Source: an uncultured cyanobacterium (GTDB lineage: Bacteria > Cyanobacteriota > Cyanobacteriia > Phormidesmidales > Phormidesmidaceae). Taken from it: a DNA stretch of 64,000 nucleotides. Positions 20,411 through 29,721 of the stretch are shown here, in pieces (position 1 is the first letter of the stretch; each line of letters opens with the position of its first letter). The position numbers and the translations under genes were made by a program. The notes under the pieces were generated by a model. That model did no database searches, was not told the DNA's origin, and was given only the letters and a program-made list of their open reading frames with translations. The stretch covers positions 1 to 64,000 of the forward strand of contig CAWBZI010000001.1 of the NCBI GenBank assembly GCA_963793265.1, written 5' to 3'.

Positions 20411-20836
20411 ATGGAAATTTCCAACTTTATCGTTTGGGCTGTCGTCGTTTTCGGCATCGCCGGATTTGCTATCACCTCTATGCTCAGCGCCTTCCGCACG
20501 CCTATTGAGCAAACCCCTTTTCCTGACAATCCCATCGATGAGCTGTCGATTCCGCTGAGTCAGTCGGCCACACAGGCTTTCGTTGGCGCAGTCGGCACCT
20601 ACAAAGCAGGCGACTATCGCAAAGCCATAGAGCAGCTTACGCCCGTTGTAGAAGAAGCGCCAAACTGCGCTGAAGCCTGGCATAATATCGGACTTGCCTA
20701 TGCCAACGTGGGTGATAATAACAAAGCCGTCCGCAGCCTGTTAAAAGCAAGCGAAGCGTACGACAAACAGGCGACCAAATCGGGCATTGATCGAATTAAG
20801 GAAGATTTGAAAACGTTGAAAGGCGTTAGTGGGTAG
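20411..20836 (+). CDS. Membrane-anchored TPR protein
   Basis: N-terminal TM; AEAWHNIGLAY TPR. Confidence 0.75.
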   Translation: MEISNFIVWAVVVFGIAGFAITSMLSAFRTPIEQTPFPDNPIDELSIPLSQSATQAFVGAVGTYKAGDYRKAIEQLTPVVEEAPNCAEAWHNIGLAYANVGDNNKAVRSLLKASEAYDKQATKSGIDRIKEDLKTLKGVSG

Positions 20837-20864
20837 ATACAACGCTGCGTCGCTTTTATCAGTT

Positions 20865-21572
20865 TTAAGGAGTGCTCAGGAGCTGAGCAAGCTTGCCCCA
20901 TTCCTGCACTGTCCAAGTAAGGGTGCGATCGCCTACCCTCTGAACCACCTGATTGCGCGTGGTATCTACCGTCAAATTTTCTGGTAGCCACAGGCGATCG
21001 CCTTCTTGCTCAGGCCGCGTAGAAAGCTGAATGTCCCAAGGCTGAGCGCCCTGCTGAACAGAACCCATAGAGATTTCGCAAAATGGTTTCTGCAAGTCAG
21101 ACTCGTGCGAAAGCTTTTGCGTGCAGATAAACCGATCACCGCACACCACGAGCCACCCGCACCAGCCAGATTCATCAGAAAGCGTCATCGCCGCCGTCGC
21201 CCCGGTTGCGACCCGCTGCCATTCTTCTTTGTAGGCATCATCAGGCCCCATCTCAACTAAGATGTCGCCTTCCCAATACAGCCTGCCTACGTCTGAAGCG
21301 TCGCCGTCGGGCCGATAGTCCATCGTGTGCTCCCATTCGCAAAGGTCGTCTTTTAAGCGAGTAACGCCTGCAAACCCATCCATCTGATCGCGCCCCATCG
21401 CAAGCCGCTCAGCCGGAACCCGAATATCACCAAAGCAACAGCTCGTTTGCAGCCAAAAAACCTGCGTTGTTGTATCTCGCTTGCCATTCTCTTCAATCGA
21501 AAGCCTCCGCCATACGCCCCTTAGCCAATCGGGCACTTTCTCAGCAAACAAACTATCAGTAGGGCTTGTCAA
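20865..21572 (-). CDS. Hypothetical Trp-rich protein (resembles the Hri1-like family)
   Basis: WRRLSI..VFWLQT..DIR..GFAG..EMG..YKEEWQR. Start overlaps the aquaporin stop. Confidence 0.5.
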   Translation of the reverse strand: MTSPTDSLFAEKVPDWLRGVWRRLSIEENGKRDTTTQVFWLQTSCCFGDIRVPAERLAMGRDQMDGFAGVTRLKDDLCEWEHTMDYRPDGDASDVGRLYWEGDILVEMGPDDAYKEEWQRVATGATAAMTLSDESGWCGWLVVCGDRFICTQKLSHESDLQKPFCEISMGSVQQGAQPWDIQLSTRPEQEGDRLWLPENLTVDTTRNQVVQRVGDRTLTWTVQEWGKLAQLLSTP

Positions 21573-22270
21573 TTCACCTTCCCCAAATCAGAAAAATTAT
21601 TAGAAAGCTGTCGGTACGCCAGCATCGCAAGCTGCGCCCCCAAAATGGGAGCTACCCAGTATAGCCATTGATACTGCCACAAACCGCTCACCAGCGCAGG
21701 CGCAAAAGACCGAGCCGGGTTCATACTCGCTCCGGTAATCGGCCCCATGCAAGCGGCCTCTAGCCCCACCGTCAGCCCAATCGCGGCCCCCGCAAATCCA
21801 ATCGGCCCGCGCCGATCTAGCCCCGTGCCAAAGATCACCAGCATCAGAAAAAAAGTCAGCACCGTTTCTAAGACAAAAGCCTGTAGCCAGTTGCCTGCCA
21901 GTGGCCGTGTCGCACCCATATCAGCCACCAGGCCAAAAGCAAGCCACAGCAGCAGCGAGGCCAAAACGCCGCCAGATACCTGCGCCAAGATATAAGAGAT
22001 CACCTTGCTTTTGCTAAAAAAACCACTGCTCCAAAAAGCCAGCGTTACTGCCGGGTTAAAGTGAGCATCGCTGATATGCCCTAGTGCATAAATCATCGCT
22101 GCAACCACCGCGCCAAACACAAAGCTCACGCCTAAATGCGTCAGCGCACCCTCGCTAATCGCATTGACCATCACCGCGCCTGTTCCGGCAAACACAATTG
22201 CAAACGTGCCAATAAGTTCCGCAAACTCTGGGGCGTAAGACCGAGCGCGCGATCGCCTTTTTGCCTGCAT
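21569..22270 (-). CDS. MIP/aquaporin channel, probably arsenite-conducting
   Basis: Two NPA motifs (HFNPAVT, SMNPARS); divergent from arsR. Confidence 0.9.
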   Translation of the reverse strand: MQAKRRSRARSYAPEFAELIGTFAIVFAGTGAVMVNAISEGALTHLGVSFVFGAVVAAMIYALGHISDAHFNPAVTLAFWSSGFFSKSKVISYILAQVSGGVLASLLLWLAFGLVADMGATRPLAGNWLQAFVLETVLTFFLMLVIFGTGLDRRGPIGFAGAAIGLTVGLEAACMGPITGASMNPARSFAPALVSGLWQYQWLYWVAPILGAQLAMLAYRQLSNNFSDLGKVN

Positions 22271-22284
22271 ATCGATTAGGCTCT

Positions 22285-22310
22285 ATATTGATAAATATCA
22301 ATATTATTAA
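22285..22310. promoter_or_regulatory. Putative ArsR operator in the 48-bp divergent promoter
   Basis: Perfect inverted repeat ATATTGATA-AA-TATCAATAT (22285-22304). Confidence 0.65.
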
Positions 22311-22318
22311 ACATATCG

Positions 22319-22651
22319 ATGGCTGTCAATATAAGCAAGACACCGCAGTGCTGTCCGCCTTTACTGACAGGCAAGCTAACCAAGGCAGACGCCCAGCCAA
22401 TCGCAGCCCTGTTTCGCGTGATGGGTGAACCGATTCGGCTGCAAATACTCAGCTTGATTGCCGCCCAGCCGCAGCAGGAGGTGTGTGCTTGCGAACTGGT
22501 CGAATCTCTAGGAATTTCTCAGCCGACGGTGAGTCATCATCTCAAGGTGATGTATGGGGCGGGGCTGTTGGAGAAAGAGAGAAGAGGGACTTGGATTTAC
22601 TATCGGATTGTGCGATCGCAACTCGATACCCTTAGGAATGTCCTTGCTTAA
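22319..22651 (+). CDS. arsR: ArsR/SmtB family metalloregulator
   Basis: PQCCPP, VCACEL, SQPTVSHHLK, RRGTWIYY. Confidence 0.88.
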   Translation: MAVNISKTPQCCPPLLTGKLTKADAQPIAALFRVMGEPIRLQILSLIAAQPQQEVCACELVESLGISQPTVSHHLKVMYGAGLLEKERRGTWIYYRIVRSQLDTLRNVLA

Positions 22652-22690
22652 GGTGAAAAACTTTTTGAGTTGCTGCTTCGGAGATTCGGA

Positions 22691-22710
22691 GGGCGTAATG
22701 CCTTACGCCC
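22691..22710. repeat. REP-like palindrome between convergent arsR and arsM
   Basis: GGGCGTAA-TGCC-TTACGCCC. Confidence 0.6.
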
Positions 22711-22726
22711 CTGAGGGCTTGTGGTT

Positions 22727-23716
22727 CTAGCAACAGCCACCGCCGTCGTAATACCAGGTGGAATCGGTGACGGTGATATCATCGAACTTATCAAGGTTTC
22801 GAGCCGTCTTGTCACAGATTGCCAGGGGAATGCCGGGCATTAGAATGTGACCTGCATTGTCGTCAAAGTACTCTTGCTCGCCTGCGTACACGGCCATCTT
22901 GCCCGTAAAAATGCACGCGCCATCCTCAGCGATTGGCACCTTAAACGAAACGCAGTCTAGGCTCTCTAGCATGAGGTGCTCGTTGAGCTGATAGTGCTTC
23001 GCATTTAGCAGCCGGTAAGGACGACGCGCGCGCACTTCTACTTGGCCAAAGCCCGCATCGATAATGCGCTGCGTGTAGTCCTCATAGGTCAGCGCGCCCG
23101 AGAGGCACATCGCGCGCAGGCGGTCGTCATTTCTGAGATGAATTGGAATTTCGCGGGTCGTAATCGGATCGCTCATCACCAGGCGGCCTTCGGGCTTGAG
23201 CACCCGGTAAGCCTCAGCCAAAGCTTTGGCTAAATCTTCAGGCTCAAAAATATTGAAAAGGCAGTTTTGAGCTACCACGTCTACCGAATTATCAGGCATT
23301 GGAATGCTGAAGGCATCGCCAGCGCGAACGCTGACAAAGCTCGGATCAAACCAATCGTTTTGCTCAGCTGCTAGCACTAAATTTCGCTCAGCCGCTTCTC
23401 GCATAGAATCCACCGGATCAACTGCGATGATGGCACCGGGGCGGCGAGAAAAGTAGGCAAACTGCAAGGCTTCTAAGCCGCCACCCACGCCGACATAGAG
23501 CACCGTTGGGTCGCCAGTCAGCTCGGCAGGATGAACGGTCGTGCCGCAGCCGTAGTTCATTTCCTGCATTTCGACAGGAATCGTTAGTCCAGGCATTTGC
23601 AAAGGCGTGCTTTGTACGCAGCACAGCCCCACATCAGGGGTTTCAGCAACTTCTGTATAAAAATCGGCAACCGCTTCTAAATAACTCAAAATATTTTCAC
23701 GGAGAAATTGGGCCAT
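22727..23716 (-). CDS. arsM: Arsenite S-adenosylmethionine methyltransferase (cyanobacterial type)
   Basis: GLCCVQ, MNYGCG, YVGVGGG, QNCLFN, AMCLSGA, C-terminal GGGCC. Confidence 0.88.
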   Translation of the reverse strand: MAQFLRENILSYLEAVADFYTEVAETPDVGLCCVQSTPLQMPGLTIPVEMQEMNYGCGTTVHPAELTGDPTVLYVGVGGGLEALQFAYFSRRPGAIIAVDPVDSMREAAERNLVLAAEQNDWFDPSFVSVRAGDAFSIPMPDNSVDVVAQNCLFNIFEPEDLAKALAEAYRVLKPEGRLVMSDPITTREIPIHLRNDDRLRAMCLSGALTYEDYTQRIIDAGFGQVEVRARRPYRLLNAKHYQLNEHLMLESLDCVSFKVPIAEDGACIFTGKMAVYAGEQEYFDDNAGHILMPGIPLAICDKTARNLDKFDDITVTDSTWYYDGGGCC

Positions 23717-23874
23717 TAAAGTGTAAAACTTTCGCCTGAGTTTTTACTGAGGAAAAAGCAAAAACATTATTTAGCGATCGCGCATTGCTTACTTGAGCCA
23801 TCCATGCGAGCTGTCGATATTCAGCTACCTGGCGCAGACAGTTACCTGTAGTGACCTAGTGTTCGGCTAAATCA

Positions 23875-23898
23875 ATTGATATATCTTGATATTATTGA
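23875..23898. promoter_or_regulatory. Second putative ArsR operator upstream of arsM
   Basis: ATTGATATATCTTGATATTATTGA matches 22287-22310 at 19 of 24 positions. Confidence 0.5.
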
Positions 23899-23987
23899 GT
23901 CACAAAGCTCTTTAGTATTGGGGCCGCACCGCTGGTTTGCTACCGAACGAGGCTGCTGGGCGAGTAGGTGACGGCACGTAGCCACTC

Positions 23988-25667
23988 ATGCGATCGCCAA
24001 ACATCATAACCCTCATGAGCATGCCGCTAATACTAGGCTCCCTACTCAGCGCCTGCAATTCAGCGACCACTTCAGTTACGGGCACGACAAGCGCCACAAA
24101 CAGCGCTGTACAAGCCGATGAAGCAGCCTGTGAAATGCCTACCGCTGATCTGCAGCCGCTCTCCGCGCCAGAAGACATGCCAGTGTATGAGCAGTTCAAC
24201 TTTCAGCCGCAGAACATCTCGGTGTCGCCAAGTACCCTCACGCTCAAAACGCCTTACTACACCTTTTCTCAGTGTCGAGGCGATCGCACCTGGTCAGTCA
24301 CCTCCTCCGACCCCGACCCCGCCGAGCCCTTCGACTACAATCAGTACGCCCGCAGCCTAGCTGACCCCGACTACGAAACCGTTCAAATTAACGAAGACTC
24401 ATACGAGTATCGCGTTCGCCTGCAAGCCGACTGGCTAGACGAACAGATTGCCGATACCGACCCCGCTGCCGCTGCCACGCGAGCACCCACCAATGAGGGA
24501 GAAACCACCGAAGAATCTGTTTACTTTGACATCAAATCACCCGATGGTGAGGTCACCAGCTATCAGCTTTACACCGTAGAAGACGTACGAGAAGCTAGCT
24601 TAGGTGCCAGCTTAGGCGTTCCGACCATTTCAGGGACAGTCGTCACGGGTGATACAGTGTGGTTTGCAGCCACCACCAGCCAGGGCGAAGGCGAAAACGG
24701 ATTTGCCAGCCTGCTGCACTATACGCCTGAAACCGAAGATCTAGATATCCAGCGGCCCGCCGAGATTCAAGGCGATCAGATTTCATCGATGGTCGCCACT
24801 AGCGTAGAAGACACCAGCGAACTCACTCTTTGGCTAGGCACCTTGCGCAGCGGTGAAGGTAATCCGGCTCTACCTGCCAGCGGTTTAGTCTCCTATCAGC
24901 CCTCTAGCCAAACGCTCAGCCAGTACACCCTAAACAACAGTCCTATAGTCGGTGCTATTCCGAATCAGCTAGCCGTTGAAGGCGATTTACTTTGGGTCGG
25001 CACGGGCAACGGCATTTGTGAGGTAGCGTGGCAGGCCATTGAGCAAGATCAAAGCTGGGACTGCTGGCGATTTATCACCACAGCTAAACTCCCGGATGAA
25101 GGCGTTGCGCTCTACGATAGCTTTTTGGCTGAAGAGGCCGCAACCACGTTGACAGAACCCTCTATAGAAGTCCTCTGGGCTGCTTGGGAGCATTTCAACG
25201 AGCCAGAGGTAGACAAAGAGGAAACGTTTCGCTACGAGGTGGTTTATGAGCCTGGCTTTGAGGTGAATTTGTCTCAGGGCGGCTATCGGGTAAATAACGA
25301 AGTCGCCAGGCTGATGGTGGGCGATAGCCGCGTTTTTTGGCCCGGCAGGCAGTGGCACTGGGACGGTGACACCTTTACCAGAACCTTTGACGAAGTAGCC
25401 CTGAACCTGATCGGCGGTGGCCCATATGGCCTCATCTCTTCTAATATCCAAACGGGCTTTTCATTCGATCACAATGCGATTCGAGGAGACTTTGACCTAT
25501 TGAGTCTTGAGTCAGACGGCACCCAGGTTCGACATTATTCTGGCTGGGTAGAAGGCGCTGGGCTAGAAGTCTATCCAGATATGGTTGCCGTCGTTCCCCC
25601 TGTAGCGGTAGAACCAAATCCAATAGATGAAATTGCTGCTAATTTACCGGCATCTTCGGGGCCATAG
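23988..25667 (+). CDS. Hypothetical acidic lipoprotein
   Basis: Lipobox LLSAC, Ser/Thr linker, repeated beta-rich motifs (LWLGT, LWVGT). Confidence 0.65.
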   Translation: MRSPNIITLMSMPLILGSLLSACNSATTSVTGTTSATNSAVQADEAACEMPTADLQPLSAPEDMPVYEQFNFQPQNISVSPSTLTLKTPYYTFSQCRGDRTWSVTSSDPDPAEPFDYNQYARSLADPDYETVQINEDSYEYRVRLQADWLDEQIADTDPAAAATRAPTNEGETTEESVYFDIKSPDGEVTSYQLYTVEDVREASLGASLGVPTISGTVVTGDTVWFAATTSQGEGENGFASLLHYTPETEDLDIQRPAEIQGDQISSMVATSVEDTSELTLWLGTLRSGEGNPALPASGLVSYQPSSQTLSQYTLNNSPIVGAIPNQLAVEGDLLWVGTGNGICEVAWQAIEQDQSWDCWRFITTAKLPDEGVALYDSFLAEEAATTLTEPSIEVLWAAWEHFNEPEVDKEETFRYEVVYEPGFEVNLSQGGYRVNNEVARLMVGDSRVFWPGRQWHWDGDTFTRTFDEVALNLIGGGPYGLISSNIQTGFSFDHNAIRGDFDLLSLESDGTQVRHYSGWVEGAGLEVYPDMVAVVPPVAVEPNPIDEIAANLPASSGP

Positions 25668-25697
25668 CACAACGCTTAAAGAGGTTTGAACTACAGC

Positions 25698-27116
25698 ATG
25701 TCTGCGTCAGAAGCGAAATTTCAAGCCTTACTCAACCAGTCAAGCCTCACCCGCCCGATGTGGATGCTGTGGATACTCTCTGCCGGGCTAATTGCGCTAG
25801 ACGGCTTTGACTTTTTTATTATCGGCGTGGCGATGCCGTTTATTCAGAGAGACTTTGGTTTGAGTGCGGGGTGGGTGGGGGCGATCGCGACGGCTGCACT
25901 CGCCGGAGCCCTCATCGGTTCACTCACGCTCGGCCCCGTTACTGATAAAGTAGGCCGTCAGCTCATGCTAGTGGTTGATATCGGCCTATTCGTCGTTGCC
26001 TCAGCCGCCACCGCGCTCGCCTGGAATGCCTGGTCACTGCTCATCTTTCGCTTTTTAGTCGGCGTTGGCATCGGTGCTGACTATCCCATCAGCGTTTCTT
26101 ATATTACTGAAAACACACCGGCCAGACTGCGAGGCCGAATGGTGATTGGTGCTTTTAGCTTTCAGTCAGTCGGTGCGCTATTAGGTGCTTTGGTCGGCTG
26201 GCTGACGATTTGGGGCTTTCAACAGTTTGCGCCCGAGTTAGCGATCGCCTACGCCTGGCGAGTCATGCTGGGCGTGGGCATTGTGCTCTCAGTCATGGTC
26301 GGCGGATTGCGACTGCTGTTTTTACTAGAAAGCCCTAGCTACTACCTGGCGAAAGGAGAATACGAAAAAGCCTCGAAGGCCGCTTCTGAGCTACTAGAAC
26401 AATCCGTCCATTTTGAAACTGTTGAATCTGAGGCAGTCTTTGAAACGCTTGAAAGTCAACCCAAACCTAAGCTTGGCTATACAGACCTATTTTCCGCTAA
26501 ATACAGACAGCAAACCGCCCTGGCCTCTATTCCATGGTTTCTACAAGACATTGCCACCTACGGCATCGGCATTTTTACGCCTACCATCATCGCAGCCCTT
26601 ACGCTCTCGACTGAAGGCAATCTGTTAATAAAAGAAATGTCTTCAGCCAAAGGAGCCGCTATTGTCAATGTCTTTTTAGTCGTTGGCTTTCTGCTAGCTA
26701 TTCTATTAATCAACCGTGCAGGCCGCATTTCACTACAGATGATCGGCTTTTTGGGCATGGCCGCAGGGCTCTGGATACTCTCCACCTCAGGCACCAGCTT
26801 AGCGCTATTGTTCACAGGATTCATTCTGTTCAACTTAATGATGAATCTTGGGCCAAATTCCACAACTTTTCTGATCTCAGGAGAAGTCTTTCCGCCCGCG
26901 ATTCGAGCGAGTGGCGCAGGACTAGCGGGCGGCATTGCCAAATCAGGAGCCGTATTAGGGGCGCTGACGCTACCTATATTGCAAGAGAGTATTGGCGTCG
27001 TGCAGGTATTACGGTTACTTGCGCTTATCTGTGTCGTTGCAGCCGTTGTTACCTACGGTTTGCGAGCTGCTGTCAGCTATCAAGATGTACTCATAGAGTC
27101 AGAGGTTCAGACATGA
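25698..27116 (+). CDS. MFS transporter (sugar porter / phosphate:H+ symporter-like)
   Basis: LDGFDFFII, DKVGR, GIGADYP, GPNSTTF, EVFP..IRASG. Confidence 0.88.
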   Translation: MSASEAKFQALLNQSSLTRPMWMLWILSAGLIALDGFDFFIIGVAMPFIQRDFGLSAGWVGAIATAALAGALIGSLTLGPVTDKVGRQLMLVVDIGLFVVASAATALAWNAWSLLIFRFLVGVGIGADYPISVSYITENTPARLRGRMVIGAFSFQSVGALLGALVGWLTIWGFQQFAPELAIAYAWRVMLGVGIVLSVMVGGLRLLFLLESPSYYLAKGEYEKASKAASELLEQSVHFETVESEAVFETLESQPKPKLGYTDLFSAKYRQQTALASIPWFLQDIATYGIGIFTPTIIAALTLSTEGNLLIKEMSSAKGAAIVNVFLVVGFLLAILLINRAGRISLQMIGFLGMAAGLWILSTSGTSLALLFTGFILFNLMMNLGPNSTTFLISGEVFPPAIRASGAGLAGGIAKSGAVLGALTLPILQESIGVVQVLRLLALICVVAAVVTYGLRAAVSYQDVLIESEVQT

Positions 27117-27946
27117 AAATGATCAAACTACCTTCAGGACAAAGCATTCCTACGCTGGGAATGGGCACCTGGGGCATGGGTGAAAAGAGAAAGACCCGGC
27201 AGCAAGAAGTTGAGGCTTTGCGGCACGGGCTAGCGTTAGGATTCTCGCTAATTGATACGGCAGAAATGTATGGAGAAGGCGGTGCGGAAGAAGTGATTTC
27301 GCAGGCGATCGCTTCTCAGCGTGAAAAAGCTTTTATCGTCAGCAAAGTCTATCCCCACAATGCTTCAAAGCAAGGGGCTATTGCCGCGTGCGATCGCTCT
27401 CTCAAACGCCTCAAAACTGACTATATCGATCTCTACCTTTTGCACTGGCGCAGCAGCACCCCGCTCTCTGAAACCCTAGAAGCCTTTCAAACGCTACAGC
27501 AGGCGGGCAAAATTCGCAGCTATGGCGTCAGTAACTTCGACACCAACAATATGAAAAAAGCCGTTCAGCTTAAAGGCGGCAACAATATTTGCACTAACCA
27601 AGTGCTCTACAACCTAACCCGACGAGGCATTGAGTTAGATCTGCTGCCTTGGTGCCGTCAGCAAAACATTCCAATCATGGCTTATTCTCCCATTGAGCAA
27701 GGACGGCTGCTGGATCATAAGGCGCTACAAGCAATGGCAAAAGAGAAAGAAGTAACCACCGCTCAGATTGCGATCGCCTGGCTTCTCCATCAAGAAAATG
27801 TCATCGTTATCCCCAAGTCCAGCCGCATCGAACACGTCGAACAAAACTACGCTGCTTTGAATATAACCCTGAGTGCCGCCGAACTCTCAGCATTAAACGA
27901 CGCCTTCCCCCAGCCTACTCGCCCTGTCCCCTTAGCCATGCTCTAA
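27113..27946 (+). CDS. Aldo/keto reductase
   Basis: GMGTW, IDTAEMY, DLYLLHW, GVSNF, IPKS. Confidence 0.92.
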   Translation: MKMIKLPSGQSIPTLGMGTWGMGEKRKTRQQEVEALRHGLALGFSLIDTAEMYGEGGAEEVISQAIASQREKAFIVSKVYPHNASKQGAIAACDRSLKRLKTDYIDLYLLHWRSSTPLSETLEAFQTLQQAGKIRSYGVSNFDTNNMKKAVQLKGGNNICTNQVLYNLTRRGIELDLLPWCRQQNIPIMAYSPIEQGRLLDHKALQAMAKEKEVTTAQIAIAWLLHQENVIVIPKSSRIEHVEQNYAALNITLSAAELSALNDAFPQPTRPVPLAML

Positions 27947-27947
27947 T

Positions 27948-29496
27948 TTAAAAACGCTCTAGATCATTCTGCACCTCAGCAACGCGCTCATAAAGCGGTG
28001 CAAAGGTTCCAATCAATTGCATATACAGCGGCAATACAACCTTATAGCGAGCCACATTTTCAGCAATCGGCTCGTGACTATGCGTTGTACCAATCATTTC
28101 ATCTACATTGTCCAAATTAGGAATGCGCTCTAAAGCATATAAGCCTAATACGGCTGCGCCAAAGCTTGAGCCCTGGTGACTTTCAGGAAAAATGACGGTA
28201 CGGTCGAATACGTCAGCTAGCATTTGTCGCCAGAGGGGTGATCGCGCAAATCCACCTGTCGCCCGAATGCTGGTTGCAGCGCCCACGGCCCCTTCTAAAG
28301 CAACCGCAACCGAATACAGGTTATACACAATGCCTTCTAGCACCGCTCGCACAAAATGCGCCTTGGTGTGGTTCAGGTTTAGAGCCCCAGAAGCTTCCTC
28401 GGGCATTGGCGTCCCATAGGGGCGATCGCTCCCCCGCTAAATAAGGGTGAAAAATCAGACCGTTCGAGCCCGCCGGAACCGTCGCCGCAATCTCAGTCAA
28501 AATGTCATAGGCATCTCTTTGCAACAAGCTCGCTGTGGCCACCTCTGCATCGGCTAAATTATCTCGCACCCAGCGCAGCACAATCCCACCGTTGTTAATA
28601 GCGCCACCAATTACCCACTTATCCTCAGTGAGCGCGTAGCAAAACAGCCGCTCTTGTTCATCTGTTTGTGGGCGATCGAGCATAGAACGGACTGCGCCGC
28701 TAGTACCAACTGTAACTGCAACGGTGTCGGAGGCGATCGCCCCCACCCCCAAATTAGCCAGCACCCCATCGCTAGAGCCGATCACCACCGGCATCTCAGC
28801 CGGTATACCCATCAACGCTGCCGCCTTCGGCTCCATCCTGCTCAAAACATGAGTCGTCGGCACTATCTCTGAAAGCCGCTCCGACGTAATTCCAGCTAAA
28901 TCTAAAGCTTCTGCATCCCAATCCAGCGCCTTCATATTGAACAGTCCAGTCGCATTCGCAATTGAATAGTCCACCACATACTGTCCGAACCAGCGGAAAG
29001 TCACATACTCTTTAATAGAGATAAACTTGGCGGCCTGCGCAAACAGCTCCGGCTGCTCGTATCGCAGCCATAGTAGCTTCACCAGCGGCGACATTGGATG
29101 AATCGGCGTTCCCGTCCGCACATACAAATCATGAGCATCACACTGTTGTTTAATTTTATCAACCCATGCAGCGCTACGGCGATCGGCCCAAGTAATGCTA
29201 TTTGTCAGCGGCTGGCCTTGACTATCAACGGCGATCAGGCTGTGCATCGCCGCACTAAACGACATCCCAATCACAGACTTCGCCGCCTCTGGATAGCGCT
29301 TAATTACGCCCTGAACACTGCCAACAACTGCCCGGTAAATCTCTTCTGGATCTTGCTCTTGAATTTCAGGTTGAGGTGAGAGCAGCGGGTATTCGATTGA
29401 ATGCTGGCCGACGACTTGTCCGCTGGCTGTAAACAGCACGACTTTAGTGCTTGTTGTGCCGATATCAATGCCGAGAATATGTTCAGAGTTTGTCAT
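27948..29496 (-). CDS. gntK: FGGY-family gluconokinase; frameshift near 28390
   Basis: GIDIGTTSTK, FSAAMHS, GTPIHPM, PYLAGERSP, then RAVLEG and TGGFARS in a second frame; downstream of gntP. Confidence 0.85.
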
Positions 29497-29544
29497 AGGT
29501 ACGAATATTTTTTAGAAGAATCGGTTTAATTGTTATTTACCGAA

Positions 29545-29671
29545 GCCCTCACCCCAACCTTTTGAAGACACAATTTAGTGACACCTCTGTAGCACAATGC
29601 GTTTTCCCGAGGGGAGAGGGAGCCGGACTCAAAGTCCTTCTCCCCTCGGGAGAAGGATTTAGGATGAGGGC
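29545..29671. repeat. Long imperfect palindromic intergenic element (CCCTCACCCC...GGGAGAGGG type) with a short insert
   Basis: 29602-29621 pairs with 29635-29654; outer arms GCCCTCACC / GGATGAGGGC. Confidence 0.65.
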
Positions 29672-29721
29672 CGCGATATAGCCGCGATATATAGGGTAGT
29701 TTGATCCTCATCCATAAACGT

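Noticed and set aside
29526..29711. 61-aa ORF
   Set aside because: It is a translation of the palindromic repeat element.
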